From the NCBI GenBank assembly GCA_963753435.1, contig CAVWCF010000001.1, positions 992,001 through 1,056,000 of the forward strand: a DNA stretch of 64,000 nt. The letters are read 5' to 3'. Below the pieces are notes generated by a model that made no database searches, was not told where the DNA came from, and saw only the letters and a list, made by a program, of their open reading frames with translations. Made by a program: the position numbers and the translations under genes. The stretch is from an uncultured Actinomycetota bacterium (GTDB lineage Bacteria > Actinomycetota > Actinomycetes > CAVWCF01). Below, one piece after another: positions 1 through 9,574 of the stretch. The stretch's first letter is position 1. The number at the start of each line of letters is the position of its first letter.

Positions 1-861
1 GAGGCCGAGTGCCTGCAGATCGCCCGCGACCTGCTGTCGTTCCTGCCGAGCAACAACCTGGAGGAAGCGCCCGCCTTCGGCAGCGAGATGCCGCTGGAGG
101 CGACCGACGAGGACCTGGCGCTGGACACGCTGATCCCCGACTCGGCCAATCAGCCGTACGACATGCACACCGTCATCGAGACGGTGCTCGACGAGGACGA
201 CTTCCTGGAGGTACACGCCCTCTGGGCGCCGAACATGATCTGCGGGTACGGCCGTGTCGAGGGCCGGTCTGTCGGCGTCGTGGCCAACCAGCCGATGCAG
301 TTCGCCGGCACGCTCGACATCGAGGCCAGCGAGAAGGCGGCCCGCTTCGTCCGCACGTGCGACGCGTTCAACATCCCGGTACTCACGTTCGTGGACGTGC
401 CGGGCTTCCTGCCGGGCACCGATCAGGAGTGGAACGGCATCATTCGTCGCGGCGCCAAACTGATCTATGCCTACGCCGAGGCCACGGTGCCGCTGATCAC
501 CGTGATCACCCGCAAGGCTTTCGGCGGCGCCTACGACGTAATGGGTTCCAAGCACCTCGGTGCGGACATCAACCTGGCTTGGCCGACGGCCCAGATCGCA
601 GTCATGGGCGCCCAGGGTGCGGTGAATATCCTGCATCGCAAGGAACTGGCCGCCGCCGATGACGTCGACGCCGAGCGAGCGCGTTTGATCGAGCGGTACG
701 AGGACCACCTGCTCAACCCGTACATCGCCGCCGAGCGCGGATACATCGATGCCGTGATCGAGCCGTCGCAGTCGCGGGTGCAGATCACCCGAGCACTGCG
801 CGCCCTGCACAACAAACGGGCTGACCGTCCCCCGCGCAAGCACGGGAACATCCCGCTGTGA
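1..861 (+). CDS. pccB: Acyl/propionyl-CoA carboxylase beta (carboxyltransferase) subunit, 5'-truncated by window edge
   Basis: Frame is open from base 1; motifs [41 protein letters not shown]-terminal KHGNIPL. Confidence 0.95.
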   Translation, partial: EAECLQIARDLLSFLPSNNLEEAPAFGSEMPLEATDEDLALDTLIPDSANQPYDMHTVIETVLDEDDFLEVHALWAPNMICGYGRVEGRSVGVVANQPMQFAGTLDIEASEKAARFVRTCDAFNIPVLTFVDVPGFLPGTDQEWNGIIRRGAKLIYAYAEATVPLITVITRKAFGGAYDVMGSKHLGADINLAWPTAQIAVMGAQGAVNILHRKELAAADDVDAERARLIERYEDHLLNPYIAAERGYIDAVIEPSQSRVQITRALRALHNKRADRPPRKHGNIPL

Positions 862-1067
862 CGCACCCACGGCCGGACCTACGAATAGTGCGCGGCAACG
901 CCACTGCCGAGGAGATCGCGGCAGTCACGGCCATCCTGGCCGCCCGCACGGCGGCTCCCATGCTGCCCGCGCCCGCCCCCTCGCTCTGGCGAAGGAGCGC
1001 CCGCCGCCTGCAACAGCAACTGCATCCAGGCCCGGGCGCCTGGCGCTCGTCGACGCTGCCGCACTGA
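858..1067 (+). CDS. accE: Acyl-CoA carboxylase epsilon subunit
   Basis: [16 protein letters not shown] motif, ends in PGPGAWR; GTGA overlap with the beta subunit stop. Confidence 0.85.
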   Translation: MTHPRPDLRIVRGNATAEEIAAVTAILAARTAAPMLPAPAPSLWRRSARRLQQQLHPGPGAWRSSTLPH

Positions 1068-1075
1068 CCGTCGAA

Positions 1076-1678
1076 GTGACCGCCCGGTTCATCCTCGCGT
1101 CGGCCTCGCCGGCGCGGTTGAAGCTGCTGCAGGCTGCCGGCATCCAGCCGGAAGTCGTCGTCAGCGGTGTGGACGAGGACGACGCGAGCGGCAGCCCGGC
1201 CGAGGTGGCGCTGCTGCTGGCGCAGCGCAAGGCCGAAGCAGTCGCGGCCCGAGTTTCCGCCCCACGCGACGGAAGTGCCCTGGTCCTCGGCTGCGATTCG
1301 GTGCTGGACCTGGACGGGGTCCCCCTGGGCAAGCCCGCAGATGCCGAGGACGCAGTGCGGCGCTGGCATCAGATGGCTGGGCGCAGCGGGGTGCTGCGGA
1401 CCGGACACTGGCTGGTCGACCTGTCCGGGGACCGCGCGGTTGGCGCTGTTGCCGCCACCACGGTCCACTTCGCCCGACCAAGCGATTCGGAGATCGCTGC
1501 GTACGTAGCCACGGGCGAACCGCAACGCGTCGCCGGCGCTTTCACCATCGACGGTCTGGGCGCCTGGTTCGTCGACTCCGTAGACGGGGACCCCGGCACG
1601 GTCGTGGGCTTGTCCTTGCCGCTCCTCCGCGGCCTGCTGGGTCAACTTGGCCACCAAGTCACCGACCTGTGGGTATAG
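1076..1678 (+). CDS. maf: Maf family nucleoside triphosphate pyrophosphatase
   Basis: [33 protein letters not shown] motifs. Confidence 0.95.
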   Translation: MTARFILASASPARLKLLQAAGIQPEVVVSGVDEDDASGSPAEVALLLAQRKAEAVAARVSAPRDGSALVLGCDSVLDLDGVPLGKPADAEDAVRRWHQMAGRSGVLRTGHWLVDLSGDRAVGAVAATTVHFARPSDSEIAAYVATGEPQRVAGAFTIDGLGAWFVDSVDGDPGTVVGLSLPLLRGLLGQLGHQVTDLWV

Positions 1679-1709
1679 CGCCGCGGCGGCGTCCCTAGAC
1701 TCCACGCCC

Positions 1710-3476
1710 GTGCCCCAGATCCGTAAAGTCCTCATCGCCAATCGCGGCGAGATCGCAGTCCGAGTAGCGCGCGCCTGCCGAGACGCGGACATCGGCAGCG
1801 TGGCCGTGTATGCGGATCCGGATGCCGACGCACTGCACGTTCGCGCGGCCGATGAGGCCTACGCCCTGGGTGGGGACACCCCGGGTACGTCGTACTTGGA
1901 CTTCGACAAGGTCCTCGATGCAGCGGCCAAGTCCGGAGCCGATGCGGTTCACCCCGGCTACGGCTTCCTTTCGGAGAACGCCGACTTCGCCCAGGCCGTC
2001 ATCGACGCCGGGCTCACCTGGATCGGCCCGCCGCCGGCAGCGATCCGGGCGCTGGGCGACAAGGTGCAGGCGCGGCACATCGCCCAGGAGGTGGGCGCGC
2101 CGCAGGTCGCCGGAACACCGGATCCGGTGGCCGGCGTCGATGAGGTGGTGGCGTTCGCCGATGCGCACGGCCTGCCCATCGCCATCAAGGCAGCGTTCGG
2201 CGGTGGCGGCCGCGGATTGAAGGTGGCCCGGACTCGCGAGGAGATCCCCGAGCTGTTCGATTCGGCGGTGCGTGAAGCCGTGACCGCGTTCGGGCGCGGC
2301 GAGTGCTTCGTGGAGCGGTACCTGGACCGCCCGCGCCACGTGGAGACCCAGTGCCTGGCCGACAGTCACGGCAATGTGGTCGTCATCTCCACGCGGGACT
2401 GCTCGCTGCAGCGACGACACCAGAAACTCGTCGAGGAGGCACCGGCCCCGTTCCTGTCGGACACGCAGATCGCGGAGTTGTATCGCTCCAGCAAGGCGAT
2501 CCTGGCCAAGGCGGGCTACGTGGGCGCTGGCACCTGCGAGTTCCTGGTCGGCACCGACGGCACCATTTCGTTCCTTGAGGTCAACACCCGACTGCAGGTG
2601 GAGCACCCGGTGTCGGAGGAGGTCACCGGCGTCGACCTGGTCCGCGAGCAACTGCGGATCGCCGCCGGCGAGCCGCTGGGCTACGTCGACCCGCCCATCC
2701 GCGGTCACAGCCTGGAGTTCCGAATCAACGGCGAGGACCCCGGCCGCAATTTCCTGCCTGCACCGGGGCAGGTGACCCAATGGGAGCCACCGAGCGGCCC
2801 GGGGGTGCGCCTGGACTCCGGGGTTGAGGCGGGCTCGGTAATCGGTCAGGCGTTCGACTCCCTCCTGGCCAAGTTGATCGTCACCGGACGCGACCGCGCC
2901 GAGGCGTTGCAGCGGGCCCGGCGGGCCTTGGCCGAGTTCGAGATCGACGGCATGGCCACTGCGCTGACCTTCCACCGGGCCGTCGTCAGCGATGCCGCCT
3001 TCGCCCCGACGGACCCGCACGAGCCGTTCGCGGTGCACACCCGGTGGATCGAGACCGAGTTCGACAACACGATTCCCCCCTACGCCGGCGAGGCCGCGGA
3101 CGGCGGCCACCATGCCGCCGAGCGCGAGCGCCTGGTCGTCGAGGTCAACGGCAAGCGGTTGGAGGTGACCCTGCCGGCCGGGTTCGCGACGGCGAGCGCG
3201 GCACCGACGAAGAAGCCACCCCGTCGGGGTGGGTCCCGCAAGTCCGGGCCCGCCGCGTCCGGCGACTCACTGACCAGCCCGATGCAGGGCACCGTGGTGA
3301 AGATCGCCGTCGAGGAGGGTCAGACAGTCGCCGCGGGTGACCTGGTGGTCGTCCTGGAGGCGATGAAGATGGAACAGCCCTTGACCGCACACAAGGCGGG
3401 GGTGGTAACCGGTCTCGCCTTGGAACTGGGCGCCACCGTGGCCAGCGGCGCGGTGCTCTGCGAGATCAAGGACTGA
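1710..3476 (+). CDS. accA: Acetyl/propionyl-CoA carboxylase alpha subunit (biotin carboxylase plus BCCP)
   Basis: [42 protein letters not shown], biotinyl EAMKME; GTG start 8 nt after TAGACT. Confidence 0.95.
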   Translation: MPQIRKVLIANRGEIAVRVARACRDADIGSVAVYADPDADALHVRAADEAYALGGDTPGTSYLDFDKVLDAAAKSGADAVHPGYGFLSENADFAQAVIDAGLTWIGPPPAAIRALGDKVQARHIAQEVGAPQVAGTPDPVAGVDEVVAFADAHGLPIAIKAAFGGGGRGLKVARTREEIPELFDSAVREAVTAFGRGECFVERYLDRPRHVETQCLADSHGNVVVISTRDCSLQRRHQKLVEEAPAPFLSDTQIAELYRSSKAILAKAGYVGAGTCEFLVGTDGTISFLEVNTRLQVEHPVSEEVTGVDLVREQLRIAAGEPLGYVDPPIRGHSLEFRINGEDPGRNFLPAPGQVTQWEPPSGPGVRLDSGVEAGSVIGQAFDSLLAKLIVTGRDRAEALQRARRALAEFEIDGMATALTFHRAVVSDAAFAPTDPHEPFAVHTRWIETEFDNTIPPYAGEAADGGHHAAERERLVVEVNGKRLEVTLPAGFATASAAPTKKPPRRGGSRKSGPAASGDSLTSPMQGTVVKIAVEEGQTVAAGDLVVVLEAMKMEQPLTAHKAGVVTGLALELGATVASGAVLCEIKD

Positions 3477-3493
3477 CCCCAAGCCGCCTGTCT

Positions 3494-3537
3494 GCCGACC
3501 AAAGGCCCTGACCGAACGCATCACGTGTCCCTACCGT
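3494..3537 (+). promoter_or_regulatory. DosR/DevR/OsdR-like box (3494-3509) plus -10 element TACCGT (3532-3537)
   Basis: GCCGACCAAAGGCCCT resembles AGGG(A/C)C-N4-GGCCCT; shares GGCCCTGAC and near-identical spacing to the -10 with the hydrogenase promoter. Confidence 0.5.
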
Positions 3538-3554
3538 GCTAGGCGGAGGGCGCA

Positions 3555-5642
3555 ATGTCCGGGACCAGTCGACTGGCTGACGGTGCCGCGCTGGCGGTTG
3601 AGTTGTCGCATTCCGCCGCGCTTGACCCCACCCTGGTCGGCGCCAAAGCGGCCAACTTGGCACAGGCCGCCCGAGCCGGGCTGCCGGTCCTTCCTGGCTT
3701 CACGCTCACGACGACCGCCACTGGCGACCCGAGTGCCCCGCACTGGCCCCCCAACGCCACCGTCGAACCGGCCCTGCGGCAGTTGTGGCAGCAGTTGCAC
3801 GGCGATGAACACGGACTCGTAGTCCGGTCTTCGTCGACGGTCGAGGACATCGGGGCCTCGTCGATGGCGGGGCAATTCAAGTCGGTATCCGGCGTTGTCG
3901 GCTGGCCCAGGTTCGTCGCGGCGGTCGGCACGGTGCTGTCTTCGGCGCATGCCCCTGGACACGGACAGCCGCAACCGATGGCGGTGCTCGTCCAACCTGA
4001 ACTCAAGCCCGCACTCGGCGGGGTCCTGTTCGGAGTGGACCCGGTAACCGGGCAGGAGGATCGCATCGTGATCGAAGCCGTTCGCGGTAGTCCAGAAGCG
4101 TTGGTCTCCGGCACCGCGGCCGCGCAACGAATCGTGTGCGGGCCTCGGGGTCGCGTGCACAGCATCGACGGCCGCGGACCCATGGCCGCTCGCCGCGCCG
4201 GCCGTGCATCCCTCTTGCGACGCCGGCAGATCAGGCGACTCGCGGCCCTGGCGCAGCGAACGGCCGAAGTCTTCGGCGCGGCCCAGGACATCGAATGGGC
4301 GTTGGACGATCAGGGCTCGCTCTGGCTGCTGCAAAGCCGTCCCGTGACCGCGGTCGCCGAACCCGACTCAGCCACCGGCCCGGTCCTTGGCCCCGGCCCG
4401 ATCGCGGAGACCTTCCCGCTGCCGCTACGTCCGCTGGAGCTCGACCTATGGCTGGCGCCGATGCGCGATGGGATCGCCGCAGCGCTGCGGCGCACCCATC
4501 TGAGCACGGCCGCAGAGTTGGACGCTTCGCCAGTGCTCACCACCGTCGGTGGTTGGGCGGCCGCCGACTTGGAACTGCTCGGCTACGTGCCCCCGGGACG
4601 GCGAGCGCTGCATCTGGTCGACCCCCGCCCCGGCGCCCGACGACTAGCTGCCGCCTGGCGCGTCGGGCAGGTTCGCGCCCAGCTCCCGGCTCGCGTGCGC
4701 ACATTGCTGACCGGTACCGACGCCGCTCTCGCCGATGTGCCTGCAGTCACCCAGTTGGACGATGACGACCTGATTCGCGTGGTGGTTCGCGGCCAGGAAC
4801 TGCTCGCGGAACTGCACGAGGCGGAGGTTCTCTCGGCAACACTGAGCGGGCGCGCGCCGGCATCGGTACCCAAGATCGCGCTGGAGCGACTGGCGCACGG
4901 GCGCCGTAACCAGCACCCGGACGACGAGTTGATCGCGCACGACCCAGTGCTCCTCAGCCTGGTGCCGCCACGAATCGCAACGGCACCGGAACTGCCTCAA
5001 GTCGACGACGAGCTGCTCGCCTTGCCCAGCCAGGTAGCCGATCCCGGGCACCGGGACTTGTTGCGGCTGCGAGCCCGCTGGGTGCAGGAACTGCTCAGCC
5101 GGTGCGCCACGGAGGCGGGCACTCGGCTGCAGCAGCGGGGGCTGCTTGCCGATCGACAAGACATTGTTTGGCTTACCTGGCCACAACTTCGGTCGGCCCT
5201 ATCCGGTGACTCGACCCGCCTTGAGTTGCGTCGACAGGAGCCCGGACCTCCCCTTCCGGCCCACTTCCAACTCGACGCGCACGGGCGCGCGGTCAGCGTG
5301 GAGCGGCCCGGTCCTCGTGGCCCAGGTGGCGTGGGCGCCGGAGGTGGGCGCGCCGCCGGCGTGGTGGTCCATGACGCCGCTCGCGTCGGCAGCGGGGATG
5401 TGCTGGTTACCCGGACGCTCGACCCCCGCCTTTCGGTGGTGCTGCCGCGGCTGGCCGCGATCGTGTCGGAATCCGGGAGCACCTTGTCGCACCTGGCGAT
5501 CCTGGCTCGCGAGTACGACGTGCCGGCGGTGGTGGCTGTCCACGACGCCCTGAGCCGGTTCCCACCGGGTTGCCGCGTAGTGGTTGACGGCACCACGGGC
5601 GAGGTCACCGTTGCGCCCGGATCCGAGGAGGTGCCGAAGTGA
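3555..5642 (+). CDS. PEP/pyruvate-binding (ATP-grasp) plus PEP-utilising swivel phospho-His domain protein, RPH/PigC-like architecture
   Basis: VGAKAANL, LPVLPGF, VRSSSTVED..SMAGQF, QDIEWA..LLQSRPVT; C-terminal ESGSTLSHLAILAREY..VVDGTTGEV; GGAGG RBS. Confidence 0.85.
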   Translation: MSGTSRLADGAALAVELSHSAALDPTLVGAKAANLAQAARAGLPVLPGFTLTTTATGDPSAPHWPPNATVEPALRQLWQQLHGDEHGLVVRSSSTVEDIGASSMAGQFKSVSGVVGWPRFVAAVGTVLSSAHAPGHGQPQPMAVLVQPELKPALGGVLFGVDPVTGQEDRIVIEAVRGSPEALVSGTAAAQRIVCGPRGRVHSIDGRGPMAARRAGRASLLRRRQIRRLAALAQRTAEVFGAAQDIEWALDDQGSLWLLQSRPVTAVAEPDSATGPVLGPGPIAETFPLPLRPLELDLWLAPMRDGIAAALRRTHLSTAAELDASPVLTTVGGWAAADLELLGYVPPGRRALHLVDPRPGARRLAAAWRVGQVRAQLPARVRTLLTGTDAALADVPAVTQLDDDDLIRVVVRGQELLAELHEAEVLSATLSGRAPASVPKIALERLAHGRRNQHPDDELIAHDPVLLSLVPPRIATAPELPQVDDELLALPSQVADPGHRDLLRLRARWVQELLSRCATEAGTRLQQRGLLADRQDIVWLTWPQLRSALSGDSTRLELRRQEPGPPLPAHFQLDAHGRAVSVERPGPRGPGGVGAGGGRAAGVVVHDAARVGSGDVLVTRTLDPRLSVVLPRLAAIVSESGSTLSHLAILAREYDVPAVVAVHDALSRFPPGCRVVVDGTTGEVTVAPGSEEVPK

Positions 5643-6427
5643 GTCCCCGTCGGACCCTGTACCAGTTGACGGCACTGGTCCTCGGACTGGTGCTGGCCGG
5701 GTCTGGGATCTACGTGCTGGTCTACCTGGCCCGCTGGGAATGGGTGCGCGCCCAGATCGCGGGGATCTTCTTCCTAGCCGCCTTAGTGGCCCTCGCGACC
5801 GGCCTGATCCTGCGGCGCTTGGATGACCTCCGCTCGACTCCGGGCAGCGCCATCACGCCGGTGGATCCGGTGAGCCCGGCTTCGCCATTCCCCTGGCTGT
5901 ATGAGGCGAAGGGCTCAACGCATGTGTTCCTGCCGGTACTGCTGGGATTCGGCGTACTACTCACCCTGCTCGCAGCCGGGGTAGAGCGGCTTGTGGGCGT
6001 CGCCGCCGGGCCGAGGACCAGGTCACTGGGGACCGAGGAGCCCCCGCCTGCCTGGCCGGTTCGCCTGTTGGTTGCTGTTGTCGCCGTCGTGGTCGCCGGC
6101 GCGGTGGCTTGGGGCGCACTGAACTTGATGACTCGGGAGGAGGAGTCGATCCCCGGGACCCGCATCTACACACTCTCGGTTGCAGAGAACAATGCACTCT
6201 TCGGACCGCAGGCGTCGGCGGAGGAGTTGGCGCTGCTCTGCCGCGACCGCGCGGATCTAGCTGGCCAGGAGTCAAGAGTGCTTGGGGTCGACGGTTCGCT
6301 GGTGAGCCTGCAAGTGACCCCCATCCCGGGCAAGTACGGGACCTTCCGTTTCGATGGCTGCCTACGGGACCTGGTCCTGGACCATCGCTCAGTCAGCATC
6401 GTGGACGTACGCGACACTCCAGAGTGA
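5639..6427 (+). CDS. Hypothetical membrane protein (about 4 TM plus C-terminal soluble domain with two Cys)
   Basis: GTGA overlap with upstream gene, GAGGAGG RBS, four hydrophobic segments. Confidence 0.75.
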   Translation: MSPRRTLYQLTALVLGLVLAGSGIYVLVYLARWEWVRAQIAGIFFLAALVALATGLILRRLDDLRSTPGSAITPVDPVSPASPFPWLYEAKGSTHVFLPVLLGFGVLLTLLAAGVERLVGVAAGPRTRSLGTEEPPPAWPVRLLVAVVAVVVAGAVAWGALNLMTREEESIPGTRIYTLSVAENNALFGPQASAEELALLCRDRADLAGQESRVLGVDGSLVSLQVTPIPGKYGTFRFDGCLRDLVLDHRSVSIVDVRDTPE

Positions 6428-6445
6428 GGCACGCGACGTTGGCTT

Positions 6446-8137
6446 TCAGCCCGGCTCGCTCCAGCTGTAGTCGAGGATCCGCTCGCCGGTCGCGGTGCGG
6501 CCCTCGAAGCGCAGGTCGATCCCATCGCCGCGATCGGTGACCGTGACAAGTCCGAACTGACCGGGGATCAGGGAGACGCCTTCGCTGTATGGCCCGCCCT
6601 TCTCACTCACGTGCTGGTCCACCGGGGCGGCGTGCAGCACGGGGAAGCCGGCACCGCCACGCTGAGCGAAGTCGGAGTTGGTGCCGTCATCTGCGGCCAC
6701 CATGTGCGCATCGCCGGCCAGCATCACCACCCCGTCGATGCCCTCCTCGGCGATGAAGTCGGCCATCTGCTCGCGTTCGCTGGCGTAAGCACCCCAGTCG
6801 TCGCCTGGAGTGGCCGACCGGTCGATCCACGGAACCGAGGAGACCCAGACGATCACCGGGTACTTACCGTTGGCGGCGCGGAATTCGTCCTCCAGCCACG
6901 CCTTCTGCGCGGAACCAAGCATGGACTTGTCCGGTCCGTCGGGCTGGTCCTTCGGATCACGCTGCGAGCGCAGGTCGGCGAGCAGGAACCGAACGCGACC
7001 GATCGTGAAGGCTTGCGCCATCGGCCCGTCGGAGACCTCTGCGAACGGCAGCGGGTAGTGCGGCACGAAGGATCGGTAGGCCGCCAAGGCCGCAGGTCGC
7101 GACGGCGAGTTCCGATCGGCGTCGTTGGGGCCGTAGTCGTGGTCATCCCACATGTAGGCGACCGGTACGCGCCGGAACAGGTCGGCGGCGGCCGGTTGCG
7201 TGATCTGCCGGTCGTAGTCCCGCTTGAACTGGCCGACATCGTCGGCGGCGATGTCGCCGTAGAAGAAGTCCCCGGTGATCAGATGGAACAGCGGATCCGC
7301 CTCGGCGATCGTCGTGTAGGTCTGGGCATTGGAGCCACTGCGCGCACACGAGGCGAACGTGAACTGGAAACTGGCCGCACCCTCCGGCGCGGTCCGCAGC
7401 CGCCCCACCCCTCGGGTCGTATCCAGGGCGCCGCCGACCTCGACCGCATAGGTGTAGTCCGTGTCTGGTGCCAGCCCGTCCAGGTCGAACTCGACGACCG
7501 CTTCCTCAACAGCTGAGGGCACCCCGGTTACCGCCGGGTCGGCAATCGTGGCCGCGGCTCCGGCTGCGTAGTGCAGCCGCACCTCGGCCGTCGGCTCGTC
7601 GGCGAGTGCGGCGACCACGCGGGCACTGTCCGTGGCGATCGCGCCCGACCAGACCCATTCCACCTGGCCCATCGGCAGTGCGACCAAATCCGACTGGGGG
7701 GCTTTGGGTCCATAGAAGTGGTCGAAGATTCCGTCCGCGGTGAGTCCGCCGGCGATCAGCAGGGCCGCCAGGCCGGCGGCGAGCAGGCTGCGAGCGCGCA
7801 ACGAACGGCCGCGCCGCCACGTCCACCAAAGGGCAGCCGCCGGCACGAACAGAGCCGCCATCAGCAGGAAGCCGCGCCACGGCGGGAACTCCACGGTCGC
7901 CAGGGCGCCGATCGCGACCGCGCTTACGGCCAGAATCGTTGCCCCGGTGGCGGTGAACCTGAATGCCAGCCCCCACCCGACGACGTAGACCAACAAGAAG
8001 GCGGCTTGCGCCAGCGTCTCGAAGAACCCGGACTCCCCCGACGTCGGGATCCCGACGACGATCGCGCCGACCGCGAGCGCCGCAGCCGCTGCCGGCGCCC
8101 AGACCAGGGCAAGCAGTCGCAGCGGGTCGCGGTTCAC
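6446..8137 (-). CDS. phoD: PhoD-family alkaline phosphatase with N-terminal multi-pass membrane region
   Basis: FTFASC, GDFFYGD, WDDHDY, MLGSAQKAWL, DDWGAY..ER, LAGDAHM motifs. Confidence 0.85.
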   Translation of the reverse strand: MNRDPLRLLALVWAPAAAAALAVGAIVVGIPTSGESGFFETLAQAAFLLVYVVGWGLAFRFTATGATILAVSAVAIGALATVEFPPWRGFLLMAALFVPAAALWWTWRRGRSLRARSLLAAGLAALLIAGGLTADGIFDHFYGPKAPQSDLVALPMGQVEWVWSGAIATDSARVVAALADEPTAEVRLHYAAGAAATIADPAVTGVPSAVEEAVVEFDLDGLAPDTDYTYAVEVGGALDTTRGVGRLRTAPEGAASFQFTFASCARSGSNAQTYTTIAEADPLFHLITGDFFYGDIAADDVGQFKRDYDRQITQPAAADLFRRVPVAYMWDDHDYGPNDADRNSPSRPAALAAYRSFVPHYPLPFAEVSDGPMAQAFTIGRVRFLLADLRSQRDPKDQPDGPDKSMLGSAQKAWLEDEFRAANGKYPVIVWVSSVPWIDRSATPGDDWGAYASEREQMADFIAEEGIDGVVMLAGDAHMVAADDGTNSDFAQRGGAGFPVLHAAPVDQHVSEKGGPYSEGVSLIPGQFGLVTVTDRGDGIDLRFEGRTATGERILDYSWSEPG

Positions 8138-8139
8138 GG

Positions 8140-9522
8140 CTACCCCCTCGTGTGCAGTTGCCGTGCCGCTTCGGCGATCGAACCGGACAGCGACGGGTAG
8201 ACAGTGAAGGAGTGGGTCAAGTCGTCCACCGTCAGCCGCTCCTCGACCGCCATCGCGATCGGGTAGATCAACTCACTGGCGCTCGGCGCGACGACGACCC
8301 CACCGATGACGATTCCGGTCGACGGCCTGCAGAAGATCTTCACGAATCCGTGCTCAAGCACCTGCATCTTGGCGCGGGCGTTGGTTGCCAGCGGCAAGGT
8401 CAGGGCGCGCCCGTCCACGCGTCCGGAGTCGACGTCCTCCTGCGTGGCCCCCACCGTGGCTATCTCGGGGTCGGTGAAGACCGTCGAGGAGACCAGTCCC
8501 GGATCCAGTGGCGCCACGGCATCACCAAGGGCGTGCCACATCGCGATCCGTCCCTGCATGGCCGCCACCGACGCCAGCATGAGCACGCCGGTGCAGTCCC
8601 CAGCGGCGTAGACACCGCGCGCCGACGTGCGCGAGACCTTGTCCACGCGCACGAATCCCGCTTCGTCGGTGGCCACGCCGCCCACGTCCAGGCCCAGGTC
8701 CGTCGTGTTCGGTATCGAACCAACAGCCAATAGGCAGTGTGTGCCCTCGATCACGGTGCCGTCGGTCAACTGCACGCGCACCGAATCGCCGTCGCGGCGC
8801 ACGCTTTGTGCCCGGGACCGGCCGAGGACCTGCATCCCCCTGGTGGCGAAGACCTCTTCCAGGACAGCGGCCGCGTCCGCATCCTCCCCGGGCAGCACGC
8901 GTTGCCGACTGCTGATCAGCGTGACCTGCGAACCCAGCGCGTGATAGGCGGAGGCGAACTCGGCCCCGGTGACACCGGAGCCGACAACGATGAGGTGTTG
9001 GGGCAGTTCGGTGAGCTCATACAGCTGTTCCCACGTGAGGATGCGTTCGGCGTCGGGAACAGCATCGGCCAGTGTTCGCGGGCTCGCGCCCGTGGCGATC
9101 AAAGCCACGTCAGCGGTGAACTCGGCCCCGGCGTCGGCACCGGTGTGGACCTCGATGCGGTCATTCGTGGCGAGACGGCCGTGCCCGTGGAACAACCGAA
9201 CGCCTTCGGCGCGCAGCCGCTCGGCGATGTCGGCGGACTGCGCCGACGCCAAGTCCTTGACCCGCTTGTTGACCGCAGTCAGATCCACGGCCGCCACGCC
9301 CGGCAGTTCCACGCCCAGCGTTTGTGCCCCGCGCAGCCGGGTCATCAGCTCTGCGGTGGCGATCAGCGTCTTGCTTGGTACGCAGTCGGTGAGCACGCAG
9401 GAACCGCCGAGACCGCCGGAGTCCACGAGGCTGACCTCGGCCCCCAATTGGGCGGCCACCAGGGCCGCCTCGTAACCGCCAGGTCCGCCGCCGATGATCC
9501 CAACTCGCGTCACAAGAACCAT
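8140..9522 (-). CDS. lpdA: NAD(P)H-quinone dehydrogenase (mycobacterial LpdA-type flavoprotein disulfide reductase)
   Basis: IIGGGPGGYEAA, CVLTDCVPSK, VGSGVTGAEFA, C-terminal TVYPSLSGS. Confidence 0.92.
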   Translation of the reverse strand: MVLVTRVGIIGGGPGGYEAALVAAQLGAEVSLVDSGGLGGSCVLTDCVPSKTLIATAELMTRLRGAQTLGVELPGVAAVDLTAVNKRVKDLASAQSADIAERLRAEGVRLFHGHGRLATNDRIEVHTGADAGAEFTADVALIATGASPRTLADAVPDAERILTWEQLYELTELPQHLIVVGSGVTGAEFASAYHALGSQVTLISSRQRVLPGEDADAAAVLEEVFATRGMQVLGRSRAQSVRRDGDSVRVQLTDGTVIEGTHCLLAVGSIPNTTDLGLDVGGVATDEAGFVRVDKVSRTSARGVYAAGDCTGVLMLASVAAMQGRIAMWHALGDAVAPLDPGLVSSTVFTDPEIATVGATQEDVDSGRVDGRALTLPLATNARAKMQVLEHGFVKIFCRPSTGIVIGGVVVAPSASELIYPIAMAVEERLTVDDLTHSFTVYPSLSGSIAEAARQLHTRG

Positions 9523-9574
9523 TGTTCCGTATCCAGCCCCGGTATCCGTCCGGCGATCCGGCTACCGTCGCGGT

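Noticed and set aside
1695-3113. Long antisense ORFs (for example 1695-3113, 11619-13139, 28606-30027, 49064-50338, 60443-61801)
   Set aside because: Shadows of real genes on the opposite strand caused by high GC3; no recognisable motifs
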